Assembly: GCA_963727505.1 (NCBI GenBank)
Contig: CAVSGP010000004.1
Location: forward strand, 896,001 to 960,000
Direction: 5' to 3'
Length of the DNA: 64,000 bases
From: an uncultured Trueperaceae bacterium
GTDB taxonomy: Bacteria; Deinococcota; Deinococci; Deinococcales; Trueperaceae
Numbering within the stretch: the first letter of the stretch is position 1; every line of letters begins with the position of its first letter. Below the pieces are notes generated by a model. It had not been told where the DNA came from. It made no database searches and saw only the letters and a program-made list of their open reading frames with translations. Below, piece after piece: positions 51,821-61,606 of this stretch. The translations under genes were made by a program, and so were the position numbers.

Positions 51821-53049
51821 GCAGCGTCGCAGACGTCGCCGCGCATCTCGCGGCCCCGTCGGAGGCCGACGCCCGCTTCCTGGCGGCGTCGGGGGTGCAC
51901 CACGCCTTCGACGGCGCCCCCGTCCTCACCGACGTCGACCTGGCCCTGCCGCGCGGCTCGCTGGCCTGCCTGATCGGGCCCACCGGCTGCGGAAAGACCA
52001 CGCTGCTGCGGGTCCTGGCTGGGTTCCTCCGGCCCGACGCCGGGCGCGTGCACGTCGGCGGCCGCGACGTCACCGACCTTGACCCCGCGCGCCGCGGCAT
52101 CGGCTTCGTCTACCAGGACCTGGCGCTGTTCGACCACATGTCGGTTCGCGGCAACGTCGGCTTCGGCCTGCGCGCGCGGGGCGTGCGGAGCGGGGAGCTG
52201 GAGCGCCGCGTGCACGAGATGCTCGAGCGTGTGGGGCTGGCCGGCTTCGCTAGCCGGCGGCCGACCACGCTCTCCGGGGGCCAGCGCCAGCGCGTGGCGC
52301 TGGCCCGTGCGTTGGTCTTCGAGCCCGACATCCTGCTGCTCGACGAGCCCTTCGCGGCGCTCGACAAGAACGTGCGGGCCCAGATGCAACAGGAGGTGCG
52401 GCGCCTCCAGAAGGAGCTCGGCGTCACCACCATCCTGGTGACGCACGACCAACAGGAAGCCATGCGCCTGGCCGACGTACTGGTGATGCTGCGCGACGGC
52501 GGCATCGAGCAGAGTGGCCCTCCGCGGGAGCTGTACACGCGGCCGGGCAGCGTGTTCGCAGCACGCTTCCTCGGGGAAGCCAACCTGTTCGAGGGTCGCT
52601 TCCGCACCTCCCCGGCCCGGCTCGAGGGCGCCGTGGAGCTCCGCCTCTCCGACGATCCGACCGCGTCGGGCACGGACGTGCCCGACGGAGCGCTCGTCAC
52701 GGCCATGATCCGTCCCGAGGACGTCGTCATCGGCGCGGCCGCGCCGGCCGCCCCACGCGGCGCCGCCGGCGCGGGAGTCGCCGCCGGAGCCGACCCACTC
52801 GGGCCCGCGGCAGCCGAAGGCACCGACATCGAAGGCACCGACATCGAAGGCACCGTCGTAGAAGGCACCGTCGAGGACGCCGCCTTCACCGGCGCGAACA
52901 CGGAGTACACCGTACGGGCCCGGCCCGGGAACGCCGTCGTGCGGGTGCTGGCCTCCGGCACCGAGACCGAGGCCCATGCGCGCGGCGCCGCGGTCTGGCT
53001 AACATTCCCCCGGGAGCGCGTGAGCCTGATCCCCGAGGAGCGCCCATGA
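51817..53049 (+). CDS. ABC transporter ATP-binding protein (PotA-like)
   Basis: GPTGCGKTT, LSGGQRQR, LLLDEP, THDQQEA, C-terminal TOBE-like region. Confidence 0.95.
   Translation: MSSVADVAAHLAAPSEADARFLAASGVHHAFDGAPVLTDVDLALPRGSLACLIGPTGCGKTTLLRVLAGFLRPDAGRVHVGGRDVTDLDPARRGIGFVYQDLALFDHMSVRGNVGFGLRARGVRSGELERRVHEMLERVGLAGFASRRPTTLSGGQRQRVALARALVFEPDILLLDEPFAALDKNVRAQMQQEVRRLQKELGVTTILVTHDQQEAMRLADVLVMLRDGGIEQSGPPRELYTRPGSVFAARFLGEANLFEGRFRTSPARLEGAVELRLSDDPTASGTDVPDGALVTAMIRPEDVVIGAAAPAAPRGAAGAGVAAGADPLGPAAAEGTDIEGTDIEGTVVEGTVEDAAFTGANTEYTVRARPGNAVVRVLASGTETEAHARGAAVWLTFPRERVSLIPEERP
52816..52875 (+). repeat. 15-bp coding tandem repeat GAAGGCACCG(ACATC) x4 (EGTDI/EGTVV)
   Basis: Read directly. 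Confidence 0.85.
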
Positions 53050-55382
53050 GCCTGCGTGAGATCGCCCCCCGCTACCAGCTCAACACCTGGCTGTCTGACA
53101 CGCCCGCTGCCGTGCTGGATGCGGTCTCGGGGCTGTTCGTGATGCCCGTGTTGTACAGCGCGTCGGCCAACGCCACCTCCCGGCTCGATGCTCCCGAGCG
53201 CACGCGCTTCGGCGCCCGCCGCCTCGACGGCTCGCGGCTCGAGCTCGAGGCCGAGCATGCCGGCTCGGTCTTCCGCCTCCGCTACGCCAAGGACGGCCCC
53301 TACCGTCTCACGGGGGAGCTGCGGGCGGTCGAGCTGGCCGAGTGGGGCCTTCGAACCTGGGTCAACCTGCTCGTCGCCTTCCAACCCGGCTCGGAGGGTG
53401 CCGACGCGACCGTCCGACCGCAAGCGCGGGCCGACGGCACGCTCACCGCAGACGCCCCGGGCCGGGGCCTGGCGCTCGCCGTCGCCCAGGCCCCCGTATT
53501 CGTGACCCTTCACGACACGATCGGGGCCTTCGAGGCCGAGCTCACCGAGGGCGGCTACTACGCCGACGAGCGCGCTCTTCGCGAAGACGACCCGCCGACC
53601 GCCGCGCCGGTGATCGCGCTCCGCTTCAACCTGGAGGCCACGCCTGTGGTGCGCTTCACCCTGGCCATCGGCGCCGACGTCGAGCGGGCGCTCGCGCGTG
53701 CCAGGAGGCCGAGCGCCACTGCGGACGCTCCTGCCGGGGACGCTCCCGCCGGGGACGCTCCCGCGCTGGGCGCTGCAGCGCCCGACCCCCACCCGGAGAC
53801 CGACGTGGACGAGGCGCTCGCCGCCGTGGACACCGTGCTGGGGTGGAACTCCGTCATCGACCCGGCGAACGGTCGCTGGTACACCGCGCCCACCCGCACC
53901 TGGATCACCCGGAAGTTCGGGGGCTGGTTCACCTGGCTCGACGACACCTTCTTCCACGCCCACATGGCCGCGGCACTGGACGCGGAGGCCGCCCGGCGCA
54001 ACCTGGAGGTGGCCCTCGCGAGCGCCACGCCCGAGGGCAACCTGGCGTGCCTGCTGAGCCCACGCACGAAGTGGCTCGACCGTTCGCAGAGCCCTGTCGG
54101 CGGTCTGGTGGCGTGGTCCACCTACCTGCGCACGGGCGACCTCGGCGTGCTGGATCGGGCGCTCCCCACCCTCACGGCCGCCTTCGACTGGTGGCAGCGC
54201 GAGCGGCGGGACGCACGCACGGGCCTGTTCGCCTTCGGCACCTCCCGCTACGGTCACGGTGCGTTCAAGGGAACGGCGCTGGCCGCCCGCGACGAGTCGT
54301 TCATGGACAACAGCCCGATGCACGACGGCGTCGAGCTCGACCCCGCCAGCCGACGTCTCCGGCAGCTCGACGTGGGGCTCTCCAGCTTGCTGGCGCTCGA
54401 GGCGGAGATGCTGGCCCGCATCGCCCGGCGCCTCGGTGACCGCGCCGCAGCGGCGCGGCTCGAGGAGGCGGCCAGCGCCATCGTCCAGGCCATCGACACC
54501 GTGCTGTGGGACGAGGAGGCGGGCATCTACGTCAACGTCGCCCTGGACGGCACGCCCTCGAAGCGGGTCGGCCCCACCAGTTTCTACCCGCTGCTGGCCG
54601 GGGTACCGTCCCGCGAACGCGCCGAGCGCATGGTGCGCGGCCAGCTGCTGAACGAGAGCGCTTTCTGGGGACCGCACGTGCTGCCCACCATCCGACGCGA
54701 CGACCCCGCCTTCGGCGACAACGTTTACTGGCGCGGACGGATCTGGCCGCCCACCAACTACCTGGTGGTCCTGGGGCTGCGGCGCTACGCTCTGCACGAG
54801 GTAGCGCGAGACGTCACCGAACGCTCGTACGCCATGTTCGCCCGCGAGTGGCGTGAGCACGGCCACTGCCACGAGAACTACCAGGCCGTCACCGGCGAGG
54901 GCCACGACTCGAAGGACTCCGACACGTTCTACAGCTGGGGCGCGCTGTTGCCGCTGATGCGCGTGGAGGACGCGCTCTTCCCGTCGCCCTGGGAAGGGCT
55001 GTGCGTGGCGACCGATCGCGGCCCTTGCCACCGCGGCACGCTCTGGTCGGGGCGCACGCTCCGACTGGAGGGCGACGTGGGCGGGCGCGAGGATGGCTGG
55101 CAGCTCACGCTCGACGGCCGGCCGGAGCTCGCCGGGGACGCGCGCTGCCGCCTGAGCGGACTGCGGCTCGAAGCGGGCGGACTCGAACTCACGGTCGAGA
55201 GCCCAGGGGCCGTGACGCTGAGCGTGCCGCGCCTGGCCGCCGAGCAGGTACTCCACGCGGCGCTCCCGGAAGGAGTCGAGCTCGCGTTCGACCCGCACGG
55301 CGCCCGCCTGGCCCTGGCCGCGGGCCGGCACGACGTCCGGCTCGCGCTGTCACGCGGCCGGAACACGGGGGACGGCGGGTAG
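53046..55382 (+). CDS. GH63/MGH1-like (alpha/alpha)6 glycoside hydrolase
   Basis: WLDDTFF, DRSQSP, ESFMDNSP, YWRGRIWPPTNY, HENY, FYSWG. Confidence 0.85.
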   Translation: MSLREIAPRYQLNTWLSDTPAAVLDAVSGLFVMPVLYSASANATSRLDAPERTRFGARRLDGSRLELEAEHAGSVFRLRYAKDGPYRLTGELRAVELAEWGLRTWVNLLVAFQPGSEGADATVRPQARADGTLTADAPGRGLALAVAQAPVFVTLHDTIGAFEAELTEGGYYADERALREDDPPTAAPVIALRFNLEATPVVRFTLAIGADVERALARARRPSATADAPAGDAPAGDAPALGAAAPDPHPETDVDEALAAVDTVLGWNSVIDPANGRWYTAPTRTWITRKFGGWFTWLDDTFFHAHMAAALDAEAARRNLEVALASATPEGNLACLLSPRTKWLDRSQSPVGGLVAWSTYLRTGDLGVLDRALPTLTAAFDWWQRERRDARTGLFAFGTSRYGHGAFKGTALAARDESFMDNSPMHDGVELDPASRRLRQLDVGLSSLLALEAEMLARIARRLGDRAAAARLEEAASAIVQAIDTVLWDEEAGIYVNVALDGTPSKRVGPTSFYPLLAGVPSRERAERMVRGQLLNESAFWGPHVLPTIRRDDPAFGDNVYWRGRIWPPTNYLVVLGLRRYALHEVARDVTERSYAMFAREWREHGHCHENYQAVTGEGHDSKDSDTFYSWGALLPLMRVEDALFPSPWEGLCVATDRGPCHRGTLWSGRTLRLEGDVGGREDGWQLTLDGRPELAGDARCRLSGLRLEAGGLELTVESPGAVTLSVPRLAAEQVLHAALPEGVELAFDPHGARLALAAGRHDVRLALSRGRNTGDGG

Positions 55383-55450
55383 GATCGCAAGCAGGGGGAC
55401 CGACGGCGACGCGCGCGGGGTCCCCGCGCAGTAGCATGGAGGGAGGGACT

Positions 55451-56509
55451 ATGAAGAACCGAAGCACGTACGTGTGGCACCTCTTGCTGGTGCTCATCGG
55501 TACCGCCCTGCTGGCCACGGCGTGGGCGCAGAAGCCGACCCTGTTGGTGGCCAACTGGCAGGGCTACGGCAGCGACCTGCCATGGGTTGTCCAGGCCTTC
55601 GAGCAAGAGTGCGGCTGCACCGTCAAGCAGGTCGACTTCAGCTCCGAGCAACAGCTGCTCAACATGCTGAAGCAGGGGGGCGTGGGCCAGATCGACGTGG
55701 CGCTCCCGAACTCGACGTACATCCGCTACGCCGTCGATGACGGCCTCGTCCAGCCCATCGACGCGTCCCGGCTCACCAACTACCACGAGCTCATCCCCGG
55801 CCTGACGCAACTCGCGGCGCTCAGGTCAGGCGGCCAGCTGTACGGCGTGCCGTGGCTGTGGGGCACCGTCGGTGTCGGCTACAACCCCGACCTGGTCAGC
55901 GCCCCGGTCGAAGGCTACGCTGCGTTGTGGGACAAGCAGTACGCCGGCAGGACCACCTTCAACGACGACCCCGTCATCGCCGTCATGACGGCGGCCGTGT
56001 ACCTGGGCGAGGACCCCTACCACCCCGACCTCGCCAAGGTGAAGCAGGCCCTACTGGAACAGAAGCGCCTCGACGTGACCTACTGGGCCACCACCGACGA
56101 CTTCACCAAGCTGTACGCCGCCAAGCAGGTGGTCATCGGCAACGTGTGGTCGGGCCTGGCCACCCAGATCCAGGCCAACGGCTACCCCATCCGCTACGTC
56201 ACGCCCAAGGACGTCATCACCTGGGTCGACAACTGGGTGATCGTCAAGGACGCGCCGCACCCCGCTCTGGCGTACCAGTGGATCGACTTCATGATCTCCC
56301 AGAAGTTCCAGGACCGCTACGCGCGGGACCTCCAGCAGCAGCCACCGTCGCCCGCCAATCAGATCGTGGCCGAGAGCCTGCCGGCCGACCAACGTCAGAC
56401 CTTCCAACCGAACGCCGTGCTGGAGACCAACATCCCGCAAGACACCTACAACGCCTGGTCGCAGCTCTGGACGGACGTGAAGACGACGCCGGTGAAGCCG
56501 CTGCCATGA
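55451..56509 (+). CDS. ABC substrate-binding protein (PotD/PotF family)
   Basis: Signal ending AWAQ; NWQGY, YGVPWLWGTVG, WSG, WVDNW. Confidence 0.9.
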   Translation: MKNRSTYVWHLLLVLIGTALLATAWAQKPTLLVANWQGYGSDLPWVVQAFEQECGCTVKQVDFSSEQQLLNMLKQGGVGQIDVALPNSTYIRYAVDDGLVQPIDASRLTNYHELIPGLTQLAALRSGGQLYGVPWLWGTVGVGYNPDLVSAPVEGYAALWDKQYAGRTTFNDDPVIAVMTAAVYLGEDPYHPDLAKVKQALLEQKRLDVTYWATTDDFTKLYAAKQVVIGNVWSGLATQIQANGYPIRYVTPKDVITWVDNWVIVKDAPHPALAYQWIDFMISQKFQDRYARDLQQQPPSPANQIVAESLPADQRQTFQPNAVLETNIPQDTYNAWSQLWTDVKTTPVKPLP

Positions 56510-56558
56510 CGCACGCGGGCCCCGTACCGGCCCGCCGTCGCCCAGACGGGGTCGGGCG

Positions 56559-57422
56559 TTGAGAGAACGGCGGAGTCGCTGGGCGGGCGCGGGCCTCCTC
56601 GCGCCCGCCTACGGCCTCATCCTGGTGCTGGTCCTGGTTCCGCTGGCGGCGCTGGTCGTCACCAGCCTCACGCCGGTACGCGTAACGGGGGCCTCGACGG
56701 TGGGCCTGCTGTTCGACAACTACCTGCGCTTCTTCCGTGACGCCCCTTCCCGCATCGTTCTGGCCAACTCGTTGACGATCCCCGCGCTCGCCACGCTCCT
56801 GAGCCTGGGGATCGGCTGGCCACTCGCCTACGCCCTGGCCAAGGTGCACCGACGTCGCGGCAACGCCCTGCTGGCCGTGCTCATGGCCCCCTTCTTCGTC
56901 TCCTACCTGCTGATCATCTACGCCTTCCAGGGACTGCTCCAGGTCGGCGGGCCCCTGCAGGCTGCCCTGCACGCGCTCGGGCTGGTGCCGGCCACCACCT
57001 CCCTGCTCTACTCGCGTGCCGCCGTGACGCTGGCGCTCGTGTACGAGTACCTGCCGTTCATGGTGCTGTCGGTCTACGGCTCGCTGGAGCGCATCGAGGA
57101 CAGCGTGCTGGAGGCTGCCGTCGGGCTGGGCGCCGGCCCCTGGCGGGTGTTCGCCGAGATCCTCTGGCCGCGCAGCGTGCCCGGGGTGATCGCCGGTTGC
57201 GCCCTGGTGTTCATCCCGGCCACCGGTTCCTTCGTCGAGCCGCAGATCCTGGGCGGCACGCGCATCAGCATGCTCGGCGAGGTGATCAACGCGCAGATCA
57301 ACCAGACGTTCGACCTCACGCGAGCGGCCACCGTCTCGCTGACGCTGACGGTTGCGGCGGTGCTGGGCTTCGGCGTCCTGGCGGCGCTGGCGCAGGCGAG
57401 CCGCCGAGCGCTGAGGCGGTGA
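56559..57422 (+). CDS. ABC permease (PotB-like)
   Basis: PLAY, PFFVSYL, LPFMVL, EAAVGLGA EAA motif; start ambiguous. Confidence 0.9.
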   Translation: MRERRSRWAGAGLLAPAYGLILVLVLVPLAALVVTSLTPVRVTGASTVGLLFDNYLRFFRDAPSRIVLANSLTIPALATLLSLGIGWPLAYALAKVHRRRGNALLAVLMAPFFVSYLLIIYAFQGLLQVGGPLQAALHALGLVPATTSLLYSRAAVTLALVYEYLPFMVLSVYGSLERIEDSVLEAAVGLGAGPWRVFAEILWPRSVPGVIAGCALVFIPATGSFVEPQILGGTRISMLGEVINAQINQTFDLTRAATVSLTLTVAAVLGFGVLAALAQASRRALRR

Positions 57423-58240
57423 GCGGGACGGGCGGCGGCGCGCGCGCCGCACTGTGGACGGCGTTCACCGCGCTGGTCTATACGGCCATGTTCGTGCCGA
57501 TCGGCTACCTGGTGCTGATGTCGTTCAACACCTCGCCCTACGGCACGTTGCCCCTGCACTTCACCACGCAGTGGTACGTCCGCCTCTTCCACGAGCCTGC
57601 GCTCGCGCAGACCACCCTGCACACGCTGCTGATGAGTCTCGTCGTGGCTGGCGCCTGCGCCGTTGCGGGCAGCATGGCGGCGCTGGGGATGGCCCGGGGG
57701 CGCCTGCCCCGCGCCCTGGTGGACGCGCTCCAGGCGGTGAACCTGGTCCCGGTCACGGTGCCCTGGCTGGTGCTGGGCGTGACCATGTTGCTGTTCCTGC
57801 TGCTCGTGGGCTCGGGCCGCAGCGTGCTCAACCTCTACCTGGGCAACACGGTGGTGGTTGTCCCGTACGTCACGCTGCTGGTCTTCACCCGGCTGCGGGG
57901 GGAGCGCTTCGAGGAGGAGGAGGCGGGAGCCCAGCTCGGCGCCTCTCCGCCGCGCATCTTCCTGGCCATCACCCTGCCCAAGCTCGCGCCCTCGATCCTG
58001 GCGGGCTCGATCATGGCGTTCATGGTGTCGTTCAACAACTTCCTCATCCAGTACTACCTGGCGCCCTTCGGGTTCAACACCCTGCCCATGGAGATCTACG
58101 GGCTGGTGCGCAGTGGTGTCCGGCCCGACATCAACGCCCTGTCCACGTTCCTGGTCCTCGCTTCGATCGCGCTCGTGATGATCCTCGACCGCCTGGTCGG
58201 GATCGGCTCGAGCTTCGGCGCCGGTCGCCGCGGCGGCTGA
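57419..58240 (+). CDS. ABC permease (PotC-like)
   Basis: MSFN, FTTQWY, EEAGAQLGAS, TLPMEIY, PDINALST. Confidence 0.92.
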   Translation: MSGTGGGARAALWTAFTALVYTAMFVPIGYLVLMSFNTSPYGTLPLHFTTQWYVRLFHEPALAQTTLHTLLMSLVVAGACAVAGSMAALGMARGRLPRALVDALQAVNLVPVTVPWLVLGVTMLLFLLLVGSGRSVLNLYLGNTVVVVPYVTLLVFTRLRGERFEEEEAGAQLGASPPRIFLAITLPKLAPSILAGSIMAFMVSFNNFLIQYYLAPFGFNTLPMEIYGLVRSGVRPDINALSTFLVLASIALVMILDRLVGIGSSFGAGRRGG

Positions 58241-58400
58241 AGAGCCCAGCGGCTGAAGAGCCGGGGCGGCCGTGCTGCGTCCGGCGACGCATCCACTCCC
58301 ATCCCCGGCGCGTAAGGAGGGGTGAAGGGCTGCCGCGCCGCGCGACCGTCGCCGTGACGGCTCCGCGCGTGGACGCAGCACCCGGAGGGAGAGGGTACCG

Positions 58401-58940
58401 ATGCGTCGCACGCACAACTTCCTCGCCGCCGTCCTGCTGGTTTCCGTCATGGCGGGTCCCGGACCGGTCACAGGCTCCGGGCCCTGGGCCGCGGCGCAAT
58501 CGACGGGCACGGCGAGCGGCACAGCAACCGTGCGGGTTGCGCACGACGCCAATTACGGCGCCTACCTGACCAACGGCGCGGGACTGGCGCTGTACGTCGC
58601 CGCCCAGCCCGAGCACGTCGCCCGGATCAACGGCTCCGGCGTCCCGCCGATCGCCGCTTGCAACGGCACCTGCCTGCAGGTGTGGCCCCCTCAAACGACC
58701 GACGGCGCGCCCGTCGCCGGTGACGGGGTGAAGGCGGACCTTCTGAGCACGACGGAGGGACCGAACGGCGGCACGCAGGTCACCTATGCGGGCTGGCCGC
58801 TGTACACCTTCGCCGCCGACACGAGTGCAGGGACCACGTTCGGTCAGGCCGTGGTGCCGCCTCAGGGCGCAGCCACGGGCGCGGCCTGGTACCTGATGGC
58901 GCCCGACGGCACGGTCATCCTGATGAAGCCGACCGAGTAG
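58401..58940 (+). CDS. Secreted protein with Yx(FWY)xxD-type repeats (COG4315-like)
   Basis: LTNGAGLALY, CNGTCLQVWPP, QVTYAGWPLYTFAAD. Confidence 0.85.
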   Translation: MRRTHNFLAAVLLVSVMAGPGPVTGSGPWAAAQSTGTASGTATVRVAHDANYGAYLTNGAGLALYVAAQPEHVARINGSGVPPIAACNGTCLQVWPPQTTDGAPVAGDGVKADLLSTTEGPNGGTQVTYAGWPLYTFAADTSAGTTFGQAVVPPQGAATGAAWYLMAPDGTVILMKPTE

Positions 58941-58974
58941 GCGCCCTGCGCGGCCGGACGCTGGTCGCTGCCGA

Positions 58975-59904
58975 TCAGCGGAAGAGGGGGGCCATCGAGG
59001 TCGCGCCGGAGGCCTGGCCCAGCAGCGGCAACCCCCAGGCCTCCTCCAGCGTGCGCAGCAGCGCGTAGTGGTCGGTCGGCGTGTGGAGCGTGAACCCGCG
59101 CGGGCCTTCGCGGCTGATCACGATGGTGGCGATGTGGTTCGCCCCGAGCCCGAGCACGGACGCAACCCCCTGGGGCGCCTCGTCGAACGTCACCACGATG
59201 GCGCTATTGCCCGTCCACGCGCTCGAGGCCAGGATCGCCTGCACCCAGTGCTGCACGAAGGCGTCCCCCGCCCGGTCGAGGGCGTGCGCATCCTGGCAGT
59301 GCGAGGTGCCGTGCATGTCGTGGCACTGGTCGGGGACGATGAAGGCGAAGGCGGGCGCGTGGCCCGTCTCGAGGTCCGCTCCGAGTTGCTGGAGGGGCAC
59401 CACCCGAGCGGCCCTCGCCGGCGCGTCCGCGATGCTCGGGAAGAGCAGGAAGGGGTCGTGCTTCTTGGCGTACAGGCCGCCGGACCCGGCGAACGCGCCC
59501 TGGAATCCTGCCGACGGCAACGCCTGCATGTACGCCTTCCAGCCGAGCCCCGCGCCCTCCAGCTGCCCCGCCAGGGTGGGTTCGTTGAATGTCTGCGAGG
59601 GGTCGTCCGACTGGCTCCCCCACGTCCCCCCCGAGATCAGCGCCACGTAGTTGGGGAGGCTGGGGTGGCCCACCCCGTGGTGATCGGCGGCGAGCGCGTA
59701 GCGCCCGGCCAGGGCATTGAGGTTGGGCATGTCGGGATTGCCGATCACCTGGTCGTAGCCCCGGTTCTCCAGGACGATCAGGAACAGGTGGTCGAAGGGC
59801 GGCACGGGGGCGTCTGGGGGCGCGCTCCCCCCACCCTGCGCACCTGCCACGGCGAGCATCAGCATCGCCATCAACGTCGTCCACACGCGGGTCACCTGGA
59901 GCAT
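58975..59904 (-). CDS. Secreted phosphoesterase (acid phosphatase/phospholipase C family)
   Basis: IVLEN, HPSLPNY, KHDPF, HDMH, TFDE, DHYALLRT. Confidence 0.88.
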   Translation of the reverse strand: MLQVTRVWTTLMAMLMLAVAGAQGGGSAPPDAPVPPFDHLFLIVLENRGYDQVIGNPDMPNLNALAGRYALAADHHGVGHPSLPNYVALISGGTWGSQSDDPSQTFNEPTLAGQLEGAGLGWKAYMQALPSAGFQGAFAGSGGLYAKKHDPFLLFPSIADAPARAARVVPLQQLGADLETGHAPAFAFIVPDQCHDMHGTSHCQDAHALDRAGDAFVQHWVQAILASSAWTGNSAIVVTFDEAPQGVASVLGLGANHIATIVISREGPRGFTLHTPTDHYALLRTLEEAWGLPLLGQASGATSMAPLFR

Positions 59905-60075
59905 CGCGTCCCCTTCCGCCTCACGGCCTTCGAAAGGCTACCCCGCCCGTCCGCGCCGGTGATGAACGCACCGTGTACCCGGCGTCGCGGACCGGCGTGC
60001 ACCGTGTGCACGTCCCCCGTGGTTGGATGGGTCCGGATCGACGATCGCCCCCTACGGGGCAGGAAAGGGAACGTC

Positions 60076-60924
60076 ATGCGCTACGCCACCGTCCTCAGCG
60101 AGAAGGGGCCCGCGCCCGCCATCGTGGTCCGCGACCGGCTGCTCACCTTCGACCGCCTGGCGCGCGAGACCGGCCGGGAGCTCCCTGCCAGCCTGCTCGC
60201 GACCGTGCTCGATGGCGACGTCGGCGTCCGGCGGGCCTACGCGGCCTGGCTCGAGCGCTTCGACCCCGATCGCCTCGCCGCCGCCTCGAGCGCACGCTTC
60301 ACGATGCCGTTCCGTCCGCCCGGCAAGATCTGGGGGATCGGCCTCAACTACCGCGACCACGCGCACGACCTCGACGAGGAGGTGCCACCGGCTCCCGCCA
60401 GCTTCATGCGGCCCCCCTCCAGCGCGATCGGCGACGGCGACACCATCCAGCTGCCGTCGGTCTCGAACCGGGTCACCGCCGAGGCCGAGCTGGCCGTGAT
60501 CTTCGGGCGCCGCACCCGCAACGTCGAGGCCGACGCCGCGTTCGGTGCGGTGTTCGGCTACACGACGGTGCTCGACATGACGGCTGAGGACATCCTCCGC
60601 GTGAATCCCCGTTTCCTGACGCGCGCCAAGAGCTTCGACGGCTTCTTCAGCTTCGGCCCCGTCATCGTGACGCCCGACGAGATCGCCGATGTGAGCGCCC
60701 TGACGGTGCGCATCGAAGTGAACGGCGCCGCCGGACCCGCCAACCAGGTCCGCAACATGACCTACGGCCCAGCCGAGCTCATCGCCTTCCACTCCAAGGG
60801 GATGACATGGGAACCCGGGGACATCCTCTCCACCGGCACGCCGGGTGCGGTCCCCATCGCTGTCGGGGACGAGATCGCCTGCCGCATCGAGGGCGTCGGC
60901 ACGCTGCGCAACACCGTGGCGTGA
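60076..60924 (+). CDS. Fumarylacetoacetate hydrolase family protein
   Basis: GIGLNYRDH, EAELAV, RAKSFD, PGDILSTGTPG. Confidence 0.92.
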   Translation: MRYATVLSEKGPAPAIVVRDRLLTFDRLARETGRELPASLLATVLDGDVGVRRAYAAWLERFDPDRLAAASSARFTMPFRPPGKIWGIGLNYRDHAHDLDEEVPPAPASFMRPPSSAIGDGDTIQLPSVSNRVTAEAELAVIFGRRTRNVEADAAFGAVFGYTTVLDMTAEDILRVNPRFLTRAKSFDGFFSFGPVIVTPDEIADVSALTVRIEVNGAAGPANQVRNMTYGPAELIAFHSKGMTWEPGDILSTGTPGAVPIAVGDEIACRIEGVGTLRNTVA

Positions 60925-60970
60925 TGACTGTGGCGTGATGACTGTGGCGTGAGGACTGTGGCGTGAGGAC
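60916..60970 (+). repeat. 14-bp tandem repeat GTGGCGTGA(T/G)GACT x4 starting over the FAH stop codon
   Basis: Read directly; degenerate copies continue to ~60996. Confidence 0.9.
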
Positions 60971-61001
60971 CCAGCGGTGAGGATCGGGGCGTGAGTCCGG
61001 G

Positions 61002-61601
61002 CTAGAGGCGCAGCAGCCCGACCCCGAACAGTGCCAGCGAGGGGACGTAGACCGTCCATGCGAAGTGGGTCGGCGTGCTCACCAGGAACGCGCCGACCAG
61101 AACGACACCGCCTGTCACGCCCATCGCTACCGCCCACGCGCCGGAGCCGGCTTCGTCGGTACGCAGCAGGCGGACGCCCCCAACCACCAGCAGCACCGCG
61201 ATCAGTGCCGGCGCAAGGACCGGCCCCCACCAGGGCGCGGGGATCAGGAACAGCAGGTCCCCATCGAACGCGCCGCGGGGCCAACCCACCAGCGCGGCGA
61301 GCGCCAGGTAGTAAGCAAGGTCCCAGATCCCGAAGACGAAGGCGAAGGCGCCGAGCCGTTGCCGCCAGCTTCGAGCGGCCAGCAGGGCCACGGCCAGGAT
61401 CATCACCAGCGTGGCGAGCTCCCGAGCGAGCTCCATGCCGCGGACGGAGGCCCACACAGCCCCGTGCGGAGGCGCCACCACGTCGTGCACCCCCACGCCC
61501 AGCAGGCGCCGCAGGTAGATCACCACGACGGCCTCGAGCAGGCCCATCGCCGCGGCGTAGGCGAGCAGCGTCGCGATGCGCGCCCAGCTCCTCGGCCGCA
61601 A
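61002..61601 (-). CDS. Uncharacterised integral membrane protein
   Basis: About 6 hydrophobic helices; EAVVVIYLR, ELARELAT, GIWDLAYY, DLLFLIP.PW.GPV motifs. Confidence 0.75.
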   Translation of the reverse strand: MRPRSWARIATLLAYAAAMGLLEAVVVIYLRRLLGVGVHDVVAPPHGAVWASVRGMELARELATLVMILAVALLAARSWRQRLGAFAFVFGIWDLAYYLALAALVGWPRGAFDGDLLFLIPAPWWGPVLAPALIAVLLVVGGVRLLRTDEAGSGAWAVAMGVTGGVVLVGAFLVSTPTHFAWTVYVPSLALFGVGLLRL

Positions 61602-61606
61602 CCGGC

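Noticed and set aside
52110..55331. 1073-aa minus-strand ORF and many other long overlapping ORFs (e.g. 28360-30876, 15510-17792, 9334-11196, 20223-22043)
   Set aside because: Antisense or alternate-frame shadows of well-supported genes; stop codons are rare at this GC content and the translations have no family motifs
60916..60996. Possible CRISPR array
   Set aside because: Units are 14 bp and abut with no unique spacers; no cas genes in the window
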